DNA from: Candidatus Altiarchaeota archaeon
GTDB lineage: Archaea; Altiarchaeota; Altiarchaeia; IMC4; SCGC-AAA252-I15
DNA: 18,496 bases
Direction: 5' to 3'
Assembly: GCA_043804895.1 (NCBI GenBank)
Contig: JAZDIN010000065.1
Location: 1 to 18,496, forward strand
Made by a program: the position numbers and the translations under genes. Below, one piece after another: positions 8,635 to 16,452 of this stretch. A model generated the notes under the pieces. The model made no database searches. It had not been told where the DNA came from and saw only the letters and a list, made by a program, of their open reading frames with translations. Positions within the stretch are counted from its first letter, which is position 1. The number at the start of each line of letters is the position of its first letter.

Positions 8635-9443
8635 GAGATGCTCTAATACTGCTCGCAGTGCTGGCAGTCATCGCCTCAGGATGCATCGAAGGCGAGACAC
8701 AGAAGCCGGACACATTGTCAAAAGACACAGTAGTTGTTAAAGTCGCCAGCGGACCCTTAGGCAGTATACTCGTTGACGGTAACGGCAGGACCCTGTACAT
8801 GTCAATGGATGATGCGAGGAGCTACAGTAACTGCTACGACCAATGCGCGCTCGACTGGCCTCCGTTCACAACAAGGCGTGACGTAACCGCGGGTGAAGGT
8901 GCCACAAGAGAAGTTGACGTAATAAAACGCATGGACGGCCTCACGCAGGTGACCTATGCAGGGGTGCCGCTATACTATTACAGCCAGGATAAAAAACCAG
9001 GAGACACAAGAGGCCAAGGTATCAAAAGGATGTGGTTCGTAGTCGACCCGGATACTGGGCCAGTCATGCCAGAGAAAACCACGACAACTCAGCCAACGGA
9101 TAGTACGCTAACAACACAGCCAGTGGATGGCGCACCAACACCGCCGGAACCGGCAGGGCAGTTCATAGCCAAAGCTTCTTCTGTGCCTGCAGGCTCAACG
9201 TATGATTTCACATACAACGGCGAGAAGGCCATACTAGTGAACTACGGCGGAGTATACGCCGCATACGTGAACAGTTGCCCGCACAAAGGATGCCAAGTCG
9301 CGTTAAAAGATGATGCGCTGCAATGCCCGTGCCACGGGTCAAAGTTCGACCCGAACACTGGAGCAGTCGAGAAAGGCCCCGCCACAAAAAGCCTCACGAC
9401 GATAGAATTGTCTGTAGTGGACGGCAACGTGTACGCGAAGTAA
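8631..9443 (+). CDS. Putative lipoprotein: Yx(FWY)xxD-type secreted repeats (Lipoprotein_15/COG4315-like) fused to a Rieske [2Fe-2S] domain
   Basis: ATG 8631 in an ATGA overlap. Lipobox-like IASGC; GRTLY...D...C...C...WPP and [19 protein letters not shown]; Thr/Pro linker; CPHKGC...CPCHGSKF. Confidence 0.85.
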   Translation: MRDALILLAVLAVIASGCIEGETQKPDTLSKDTVVVKVASGPLGSILVDGNGRTLYMSMDDARSYSNCYDQCALDWPPFTTRRDVTAGEGATREVDVIKRMDGLTQVTYAGVPLYYYSQDKKPGDTRGQGIKRMWFVVDPDTGPVMPEKTTTTQPTDSTLTTQPVDGAPTPPEPAGQFIAKASSVPAGSTYDFTYNGEKAILVNYGGVYAAYVNSCPHKGCQVALKDDALQCPCHGSKFDPNTGAVEKGPATKSLTTIELSVVDGNVYAK

Positions 9444-9463
9444 CAGACGTGGACGCACTCAGC

Positions 9464-10021
9464 TTATACGCTGCCTTCGCCATGAGGTGGGCTTCCTGCC
9501 GGCTCACTCACCACACCCTCTTCTCGCTTCTTATCTTTAGAGTCACCGTTCTTAGGTGGGGGGGATTTTCTGCCTCCTGCCGAAAGTATGTTGGATAGTA
9601 TGCCTATGTATCCGCCGACTGCGACGAGCAGGAAGACTAGAAGCTCTGAGGTAGTCTTGTATTCTAGGATTGGGTTCATGCAGACTGTACTCGAACAGAT
9701 TTCGGGGGAAGTTAATTCAACGATGAAGGTGAGCAGGTAGAAAATGAAGTCGAGTACTGTGACTCCTGCCACGGCCTTTATCAGGGGAGCGGGCAGATTA
9801 AGCGGGAACCTTAGGCTACTGAACAGCTGCCCAAAAGCATATACTACCACGGCGGCAACCACGAGGTATGCGTTCTTGTTCATGAAAAGGGTTACTTTGC
9901 TGCTTAACGTCTCCCCTGATGGGGGGACTAGGACGTTCAAGACTGCAAGGAGTATGAGAAACACAAATAAGCCAACTAGGTCTGATAACACCGTCCGTAA
10001 CGCTGATTTTTCTGCAGCCAT
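9464..10021 (-). CDS. Hypothetical membrane protein (about 4 TM; alternative TTG start at 10039)
   Basis: Four hydrophobic segments and a charged low-complexity C-terminal tail; last gene of the two-component cluster. Confidence 0.65.
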   Translation of the reverse strand: MAAEKSALRTVLSDLVGLFVFLILLAVLNVLVPPSGETLSSKVTLFMNKNAYLVVAAVVVYAFGQLFSSLRFPLNLPAPLIKAVAGVTVLDFIFYLLTFIVELTSPEICSSTVCMNPILEYKTTSELLVFLLVAVGGYIGILSNILSAGGRKSPPPKNGDSKDKKREEGVVSEPAGSPPHGEGSV

Positions 10022-10035
10022 TGTAGGAGGAGAAC

Positions 10036-10404
10036 TCAACCTAAAGCCTTTTTCACCGTGTTCAAGAGGAGTTCCATCGTGAACGGCTTGGTTATGCTCA
10101 TCACCTCAGCTCCTTTAGCCTTCATTATGAGCTTCGAGTCCTCTGATGGCTGTAGCGCGCTTATGAAGACGACCTTGAGTTTCGGGTATTTCTTGACGAT
10201 TTTGTAGAATGCCGTCTGCCCGTCCATGTCCTCCATCATGATGTCAAGTAGCACCAGGTCTGGCAGACCCTTGGTCTCTAGCTTCTCCAGGCATTCCCTC
10301 CCGCTCAACGCCGATTGGACCTCGTATTTCCTGGACTCCAGGACGTTGCGCACAGCCATCTGGATCCTCGGGTCATCGTCCACGACCATTATCCTCTTAG
10401 CCAT
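10036..10404 (-). CDS. Single-domain response regulator (receiver)
   Basis: VVDDD, LLDIMM.DMDG, FISA, KPF. Confidence 0.92.
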   Translation of the reverse strand: MAKRIMVVDDDPRIQMAVRNVLESRKYEVQSALSGRECLEKLETKGLPDLVLLDIMMEDMDGQTAFYKIVKKYPKLKVVFISALQPSEDSKLIMKAKGAEVMSITKPFTMELLLNTVKKALG

Positions 10405-10406
10405 TG

Positions 10407-10790
10407 TTATTCTAATGCTTTTTTGATTTTGTCCAATAAAACCTGGGTGGTGAACGGCTTTTCGATGTAGTCGACGACGTAGTCGCTGTCATTCTCAGAG
10501 GTCAAGTTCTCGCGGAACCTCTTCTCAGTCTCGTCGTGCTGCTTCAGCGCGCTGAAGTACACTATCTTCAGCTTCAGCTTCCTGGTTCTTATCTGCGTTA
10601 TCACCTGCTTCGGGGAAAGGCCTGGCATCATGATGTCAAGCAGTATGACGTCTGGTTTGAAGTTTCTGAGCTTGTCCAGGCACTCCTGCCCGTTCAACGC
10701 CGTCACCACCTCGAATCCGTTTACCTCCAGCACCGTCTTAGTCACGTTAGACAGCACCTGGTCGTCGTCGACGACCATGACCTTAGCCAC
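10407..10790 (-). CDS. Single-domain response regulator (receiver)
   Basis: GTG 10790 lies 7 nt after a GGAGGTG SD; VVDDD, LLDIMMPG, YFSA, EKPF. Confidence 0.9.
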   Translation of the reverse strand: MAKVMVVDDDQVLSNVTKTVLEVNGFEVVTALNGQECLDKLRNFKPDVILLDIMMPGLSPKQVITQIRTRKLKLKIVYFSALKQHDETEKRFRENLTSENDSDYVVDYIEKPFTTQVLLDKIKKALE

Positions 10791-11169
10791 CGCAGAGCAC
10801 CTCCTCGACCCTGCCGACGAGCTCGTCAGCTGTGAAAGGCTTCTCAAGTGTGCCGACAACGTGGCTGCCGTCTATGAGGGTCTTCTTGTCAGATTCCGTC
10901 AGGTGCACGGCTGTTACGAAAAGCAGTTTGGTGTTTTTGATGTGGGGGTCCAACCCGACCCTGCCCCGGAACTTCTTCACGAACTCGGCTGTCGTCAGGC
11001 CTGGTATGATTATGTCAAGGAGTATGAGGTCGTAATTGCCGTCCGACACCATCTTCCACCCGGACATAGAATCGGAGGCCCCATCCACAAGGTAGCCGCG
11101 GCTAACGAGGGTTTTCATGATGGACTCCCTCACAGGATCGTTATCATCTATTACGATTATCCTCTTCAT
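10783..11169 (-). CDS. Single-domain response regulator (receiver)
   Basis: VIDDN, LLDIIIPG, FVTA, EKPF. Confidence 0.9.
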   Translation of the reverse strand: MKRIIVIDDNDPVRESIMKTLVSRGYLVDGASDSMSGWKMVSDGNYDLILLDIIIPGLTTAEFVKKFRGRVGLDPHIKNTKLLFVTAVHLTESDKKTLIDGSHVVGTLEKPFTADELVGRVEEVLCGG

Positions 11170-13222
11170 CTTGTAGTAATGGTATTGTAAAATAAAAAGT
11201 GCTGCCCCTCTTCAGCTTAGACTTGAGCCAGATGCGACCCCTGTGTGAATCGATGATGCCTTTCGCGATGGCAAGTCCGAGGCCTGTGCCACCGTGCTCC
11301 CGCGAGCGGGTCTCCTCAGCCTGGAAAAAGCGGTCGAATACCTTCCCTTGGTTTTTCTTCGATATGCCTATGCCATTGTCTCTGACGCTTATGAGGATTT
11401 CCTTGCCTTTCTTTGCTGCTTTGATGGTTATCGTCGACCCGTCAGGGCTGAACTTAAGCGCGTTCGTGAGTAAGTTGTTCATGACGCGATGGATTGACTG
11501 CTCGTCAAGGAAGACTTCCGGCAGCATTCTGTGAACTTCAGTTGAAATCTTTATGTTCTTGGCCTTTGCGATGGGTTCGACATCTTTTATCGAGGCTTCA
11601 ATTAGCCTGTCTATCCTCGCGGGCTTCATGTCGAACACCTTCTGCCTTGCGTCCAGTTTGGCAAGCTCGAGTATGTCCAGTATGAGGTCCCGCAGGTGCA
11701 GGGACTCCATGTGTATCATGTCGAGGAATTCCCGATTCTTGCTGTCTAGGCCCTTGAGGTTCTGCTGCAGTAGCTCGGTGTAGAGTATTATGGGCGTGAG
11801 CGGGGTCTTCAACTCGTGGCTCGTTATCGCCAGGAAGTCATCCTTCATCTTGTCCGACTCCTTTACAACGGCCAGCGCCTTCCTGAGGTCCCTCGTCCGC
11901 TCCTCGACCTTCCCCTCCAGGTCGCACTTTCCGTGTTCGAGCTTTTCCTTGTCGATCTGGTGGTGGATTCCCATCGAGATGATCTCCCCGATAGTCTTTA
12001 TCAGCGCGACGTTCTCGTCATGCCACACCCTCTTCCTGTGACACTCCTCCAATCCGATGAAACCGTAAAGCCCACCCCCGACGTGCATGGGCATCACAAG
12101 CAGTGCCTTAACGTTCTTTTGCCGGAGTATGTTCTTTGTCGCCTCGTCAGGTATCTCCTCGATGTCGCCGTATATTATCATGTCGTCTGTCCTGAGCTTC
12201 CTTATCCACCACATCATGGACTCGACAGGTATGCCCTGAAAGGATTTAATCTGCGGCCGCACACCCTTGCCGACCCACTCGTGCGTGATGGAAAGGAGCC
12301 TGCCGCTGTCATGCAACCGGAATAGGTAAACCCGGGACACGTCAATGCCCTCACCCATCTTCTCCAGGACATAATTGAGGACAGAGTCTAGGTCTCTTAC
12401 ACGGACAAATCGCGACGAGATATCCTCGAGGATTTCCTCGCGTCTGAGGCGTTCCTGCAGTGCCTCCTCCGCCTGCTTGCGGTCGGTGATGTCTCGGCAT
12501 AGTGTGATTATCTGCAGGCCCTGTTCTGTCTTAACCACCGTAGCATTGAGTTCGATGGGTACAGTTTTCCCGTCTTTGTGGATGTAATCGACGACGAGGT
12601 CTCTCACATACCCCTGCTTGAAGCATTTCCCTACCTCTTGCGCATTTCGTTCCTGGTCGTAGGCAGCCGTCCATTCCGTAACGCTCCGACCTTTGAGTTC
12701 ATCCAATGTCTCATAGCCGGCCATGTTGACATACTCCTTGTTGGCGTCCAAGACATGACCTAGGCTGTCAAGAATCACGTAACCGGTACTGGTAGTTTCC
12801 ACCAAACTCCGATATTTGCCCTCGCTTTCCAGCAGGGCTTGCTCGGCCTTTTTGCGTTCTGTGATGTCGTGGTAGGCGGTCAGGAACATCTTCCTGCCGT
12901 GGTAGGGGACGACAGTGGTGGATACTAGGACATCCCTGATTTCACCACCTTTCGTGTAAATAACCGACTCAGCCTCGTGTTTGTCCCCCTCCTTGAAGTC
13001 CTTTAGGCAGCTTAAAGCCCGCCACCTGTCGTTGGGGTCGGGGTACAGGAGCAAGCTGAAGTCCCCGCAGCTGTTAGCCTCCTGCTTGGAGTAGCCTGTG
13101 AGCCGCTCCATCTCGGAGTTGAATATCTCGAATCTCCCTGACTCGTCGCTGAGGGTTATGCCCTCCTTGACAGCCTCAAGGACACGACTCAGACCCTCTG
13201 ACGAATCGTCCGTTGCAGGCAT
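11144..13222 (-). CDS. Cytoplasmic PAS-PAS-GAF sensor histidine kinase
   Basis: Two PAS/PAC domains ending DITERK and DITDRK, a GAF domain, H-box SHELKTPL, N-box NLLTNALKF, DNGIG, GTGLGL; no TM segment. Confidence 0.95.
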   Translation of the reverse strand: MPATDDSSEGLSRVLEAVKEGITLSDESGRFEIFNSEMERLTGYSKQEANSCGDFSLLLYPDPNDRWRALSCLKDFKEGDKHEAESVIYTKGGEIRDVLVSTTVVPYHGRKMFLTAYHDITERKKAEQALLESEGKYRSLVETTSTGYVILDSLGHVLDANKEYVNMAGYETLDELKGRSVTEWTAAYDQERNAQEVGKCFKQGYVRDLVVDYIHKDGKTVPIELNATVVKTEQGLQIITLCRDITDRKQAEEALQERLRREEILEDISSRFVRVRDLDSVLNYVLEKMGEGIDVSRVYLFRLHDSGRLLSITHEWVGKGVRPQIKSFQGIPVESMMWWIRKLRTDDMIIYGDIEEIPDEATKNILRQKNVKALLVMPMHVGGGLYGFIGLEECHRKRVWHDENVALIKTIGEIISMGIHHQIDKEKLEHGKCDLEGKVEERTRDLRKALAVVKESDKMKDDFLAITSHELKTPLTPIILYTELLQQNLKGLDSKNREFLDMIHMESLHLRDLILDILELAKLDARQKVFDMKPARIDRLIEASIKDVEPIAKAKNIKISTEVHRMLPEVFLDEQSIHRVMNNLLTNALKFSPDGSTITIKAAKKGKEILISVRDNGIGISKKNQGKVFDRFFQAEETRSREHGGTGLGLAIAKGIIDSHRGRIWLKSKLKRGSTFYFTIPLLQDEEDNRNR

Positions 13223-13261
13223 ATCAGACCACCACTACTGTAAGAGTATCTGCCCACCCGC

Positions 13262-13269
13262 TTTATATA
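13262..13269 (-). promoter_or_regulatory. Putative TATA box of the kinase operon
   Basis: TATATAAA on the minus strand about 40 nt upstream of ATG 13222. Confidence 0.5.
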
Positions 13270-13282
13270 CCACCAAGGCCAG

Positions 13283-13783
13283 TTACATCGTGACTGTCTT
13301 GAAGTCGTGGAATTCGCCTGTGTCCATGACGAACTCAACCTCGGTCTCCAGTATCATCAGGTGCCTGCGCTCCTCCCCGACAAGCTTTTCGAAGAATTTC
13401 CTCAACTTCTCGTTCGGGGCCTCACCTGCCAGCCGCCCATAGAGTTCTATGCTCCGCTCCTCAGCCTTTACCCCAACATTCAAGGCGTCCAGGGCGTCTG
13501 ACTTGTCGTTGAGAGTGACCCCAGGGATGTTCCCGCCGAATACGCCGGGCTCCTTGCAGCTAATCCCAACATAGTCGCAGCGTCCCGTATCGTTCTCCTT
13601 CTGATAGAGTTCATTGATCTTATCGTAGTGCAGCCTCTCCTCTGAGGCCAGAAAGTTGAACATCGCCTTCCCATCCTTGTTTGCCGTCCTCTTAGCGCAC
13701 TCCAGGTAGAACTTCCTCCCCGAAAGCTCAATGCTAAGTGCGGTTGAAAATCCCTCACATAAGCCTGACATCTTACTCTTCAT
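13283..13783 (-). CDS. Ferritin-like / rubrerythrin-family diiron protein (no rubredoxin domain)
   Basis: Duplicated E...FY/LY...F..L..EExxH pattern (SEERLH, GEERRH); SD GAGGTG upstream. Confidence 0.88.
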   Translation of the reverse strand: MKSKMSGLCEGFSTALSIELSGRKFYLECAKRTANKDGKAMFNFLASEERLHYDKINELYQKENDTGRCDYVGISCKEPGVFGGNIPGVTLNDKSDALDALNVGVKAEERSIELYGRLAGEAPNEKLRKFFEKLVGEERRHLMILETEVEFVMDTGEFHDFKTVTM

Positions 13784-13798
13784 ATAAACACCTCAATA

Positions 13799-14722
13799 TC
13801 ACCGTATTACATCACGTTCTTGGCTAAATATCTCTGACTCATGCCTTTTTAATATGCCATAGACAAGGTCGGATAAGGCCTTCTTATTTTTTGTCTCATA
13901 CCAGTCTCTCATTTCACCATAAAAATAGGGGTAAAGGTCGCCCACCATACATCCCCCAAAATAGGATTCAGCATCACTTCGACTTCTCAAAAGCGAATCC
14001 AAGGATACGACGACAGCCTGCTCTATGCGCTCCTTCGAGTTGTCCTTCCAGAATTTGTCCATATAGCCCCCGTGGGCTTCAAGTATGCCTTTAACCAGCT
14101 CATCCTCAGCCCATTGCTTCCTCAACAGCAGGTGGAGTCCCTCATGGAAGAACCCCCCATCCATGAAATTGCCTATTGATAGATTAGCGTCCATGCGATA
14201 ATGTGCGGCTTGCCCAGAACCTTCAGCCGGAACTACCAGAATATCAGGTTTGAACTTATAACCAGTAACCTCCTCCATCCGCGAGGTTATGCCCCTCCAA
14301 TCCAGAGTGCATAACTTATCAAAATTTTGGCTAATCCTCGTGTAGTTGTCAACCCAGTATTTCCCATAAAGGGTATCCCATTCGTTCTCTAGGATATCGC
14401 CCAAGTTATGGTATTTCTTGGCTTTTTGGATGACTGACGTTGCATCAAACGCGCTTTCAATAGCCAAAGCAGCATAAAACTTGTCAATTTGATTTCTGCT
14501 TAACTCTCTAAACTGTCCCTTATCTCTTAGTATCTGACTCTTGTCTGGAAAAGTATCCCTGTATTTATGGTAGGACCCGGTAAGTTGGTCGTAGAGGTTA
14601 AGCGTATGGAAGAGTAAGTTGAACCCTGACGAGAGAACAATCCTGAGTCTGTTGTTCTCCAGGGGGATTATGGCTTCCTTGACGTCTTTTGGGATTGTTT
14701 CAGCACTTAAAAAGTTTGCCAC
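13799..14722 (-). CDS. Hypothetical protein with HExxH motif (possible zinc metallopeptidase)
   Basis: 307-aa ORF filling the gap; FFHEGLHLLL plus a downstream Glu in ERIEQAVV; visibly AT-richer than its neighbours. Confidence 0.65.
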   Translation of the reverse strand: MANFLSAETIPKDVKEAIIPLENNRLRIVLSSGFNLLFHTLNLYDQLTGSYHKYRDTFPDKSQILRDKGQFRELSRNQIDKFYAALAIESAFDATSVIQKAKKYHNLGDILENEWDTLYGKYWVDNYTRISQNFDKLCTLDWRGITSRMEEVTGYKFKPDILVVPAEGSGQAAHYRMDANLSIGNFMDGGFFHEGLHLLLRKQWAEDELVKGILEAHGGYMDKFWKDNSKERIEQAVVVSLDSLLRSRSDAESYFGGCMVGDLYPYFYGEMRDWYETKNKKALSDLVYGILKRHESEIFSQERDVIR

Positions 14723-14772
14723 AGGAACACCCTATTGGGGGATATTTTTCTTTAGGCTATGGGATGCAAACA

Positions 14773-14779
14773 TATATAA
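14773..14779 (+). promoter_or_regulatory. Putative TATA box
   Basis: CAAACA-TATATAA, 24 nt before ATG 14804, consistent with a leaderless transcript. Confidence 0.5.
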
Positions 14780-14803
14780 GGAGGCTGGTGACTTATTTAG
14801 ATT

Positions 14804-15139
14804 ATGGGAAGTTATGATTTTTTGAACCTGAGTGCCGTGATACTGGCGGCCTATGTTTTGTCGTTCATGCTTTATAGGAGGGGTACTATCAGCCTCATGG
14901 CCCACCGGAGGGTGTGGAATGTGCTATTGTTGTTCACGTTCCTCGTCTGCGCAGCCCTTGGGGTGCTCCTCCTACTGAGGATAAACTACGGCATAGTCGT
15001 CCAATTGCCCCTGAACATGCTCTACTGGCATGTGGAAAGCGCAATAGCCTTGACCGTCATCTCGGTGTTCCACATACTCTGGCACTGGGAGTACTACAGA
15101 AGTATACTGCACAGGCCGGGTAAGAGGAAACATAGGTGA
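14804..15139 (+). CDS. Small 3-TM His-containing membrane protein (DUF4405-like)
   Basis: HRRVWN...LGVLL...YWHVE...FHILWHW pattern. Confidence 0.7.
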   Translation: MGSYDFLNLSAVILAAYVLSFMLYRRGTISLMAHRRVWNVLLLFTFLVCAALGVLLLLRINYGIVVQLPLNMLYWHVESAIALTVISVFHILWHWEYYRSILHRPGKRKHR

Positions 15140-15182
15140 GAGAGGATTTTTAGGGGAGCGTTCAACATAGATAAGCTGGTGG

Positions 15183-15824
15183 TTGGTGGTGAAAGAGGTC
15201 ATAGTCTTTACTAAGGTCCCGGAGCGCGGTCAGGTGAAGACTAGGCTGCAGAGGAAGTATCCGGCCCACACGGTGGAGGAGATTTACGTTGCGTTCCTCC
15301 AGGACACGCTCGAGAAGCTGAGGCCATATTATCCTTGGGTTGCATACTTTCCCGAGGGGAAAGTTCAGGTCCTTTGGAACCTTCTGGGCGACAGGAAGTA
15401 CCTGTTGCAGCGGGGCAGGGACTTCGGCGAGAAGGTGATGAGCGTGTTCGGCGACTTCTACAAGATGGGCGTCAAAAACGTCGTAGTAGTCAACTGCGAC
15501 GTTCCGACTCTCAGGAAGGAACACGTCGACCAAGCGTTCCAGCTCATGGAATCGTGCGACGCAGTCCTCGGCCCAGCCCACGACGGGGGGTTCTACCTCA
15601 TAGGCGGGAGGAACGTGAGGAAAGAGCTGTTCGAGGGTGTGGAGTGGGACGGCCAGTACGTCCTTGAGAGGATTAAGAGGAATGCTGAAGGGGGGGGATT
15701 AAAGCTTGCATACACCCCTGAACTGAGGGACGTCGACACTCCTGAGGACCTTGAGGCAGTCAGGAGTTCCGGGGAACTGGACAAGGAAAGCCTAACATTC
15801 AAGACGCTGAAGAAGATAAGGTAG
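15183..15824 (+). CDS. DUF2064/TIGR04282-like transferase (CofC/GT-A-like fold; start may be GTG 15186 or 15189)
   Basis: FTKVPERGQVKTRL, QRGRDFGE, NCDVPTL, VLGPAHDGGFYLIG, LRDVDTPEDL. Confidence 0.88.
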   Translation: MVVKEVIVFTKVPERGQVKTRLQRKYPAHTVEEIYVAFLQDTLEKLRPYYPWVAYFPEGKVQVLWNLLGDRKYLLQRGRDFGEKVMSVFGDFYKMGVKNVVVVNCDVPTLRKEHVDQAFQLMESCDAVLGPAHDGGFYLIGGRNVRKELFEGVEWDGQYVLERIKRNAEGGGLKLAYTPELRDVDTPEDLEAVRSSGELDKESLTFKTLKKIR

Positions 15825-15825
15825 A

Positions 15826-16446
15826 ATGAGTCTACAGGCTGAGATAGGAAGGCTTAGGAGGGCGTCTGTATGCAGGATAGTCAGACGGAGGATAAGGGAG
15901 TTTGAACGTGCTAGCAGGGGGTCTGAGGACTCGCTCTTCAGCGAACTTTGTTTTTGCATTTTGACTGCGAACTACAATGCTGAGAGGGCGATTCATATAC
16001 AGGAGGAAATCGACAATGGCTTCATCACCCTCCCAGAGAAGAAACTGGCTGCAAAGCTTAAGGCCCTCAGGTACAGGTTTCCGAACACGAGGGCTATGTA
16101 CATAGTCGAGGCTAGGGCGTGGAGGGGGAAGCTGGAGGGGATGCTCAAGGCTCTCCAGGGTGACGAGCTCAGGCACTGGTTCGCATGCAATGTGAAAGGC
16201 CTCGGATACAAGGAGGCCAGCCACTTCCTAAGGAACATCGGATACAAGGATTACGCGATACTCGACTTCCACATAATAGACGTGCTGGTCGACAACAGGC
16301 TGATAAGAAGGCCTAAGACGCTGTCAAGGAAAAAGTACCTGGAGATTGAAAGAATCCTCAGAAGATTCAGCAGGAAAGTCAACCTCAGCATGGCGGAACT
16401 GGACCTGTACCTTTGGTATATGGAGACCGGGAAGGTGCTGAAGTAG
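15826..16446 (+). CDS. ogg: 8-oxoguanine DNA glycosylase/AP lyase (Ogg2 type)
   Basis: ELCFCILTAN, HhH motif VKGLGYKEASHFLRNIG, AILDFH, DLYLWY..TGKVLK with C-terminal Lys. Confidence 0.93.
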   Translation: MSLQAEIGRLRRASVCRIVRRRIREFERASRGSEDSLFSELCFCILTANYNAERAIHIQEEIDNGFITLPEKKLAAKLKALRYRFPNTRAMYIVEARAWRGKLEGMLKALQGDELRHWFACNVKGLGYKEASHFLRNIGYKDYAILDFHIIDVLVDNRLIRRPKTLSRKKYLEIERILRRFSRKVNLSMAELDLYLWYMETGKVLK

Positions 16447-16452
16447 GTTGAT

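Noticed and set aside
9078..9150. Short repeated unit ([14 protein letters not shown])
   Set aside because: Ordinary low-complexity Thr/Pro linker inside a CDS, not an independent repeat element.
10791..10859. N-terminal extension of the middle receiver
   Set aside because: It overlaps the upstream receiver; GTG 10790 has a GGAGGTG SD.
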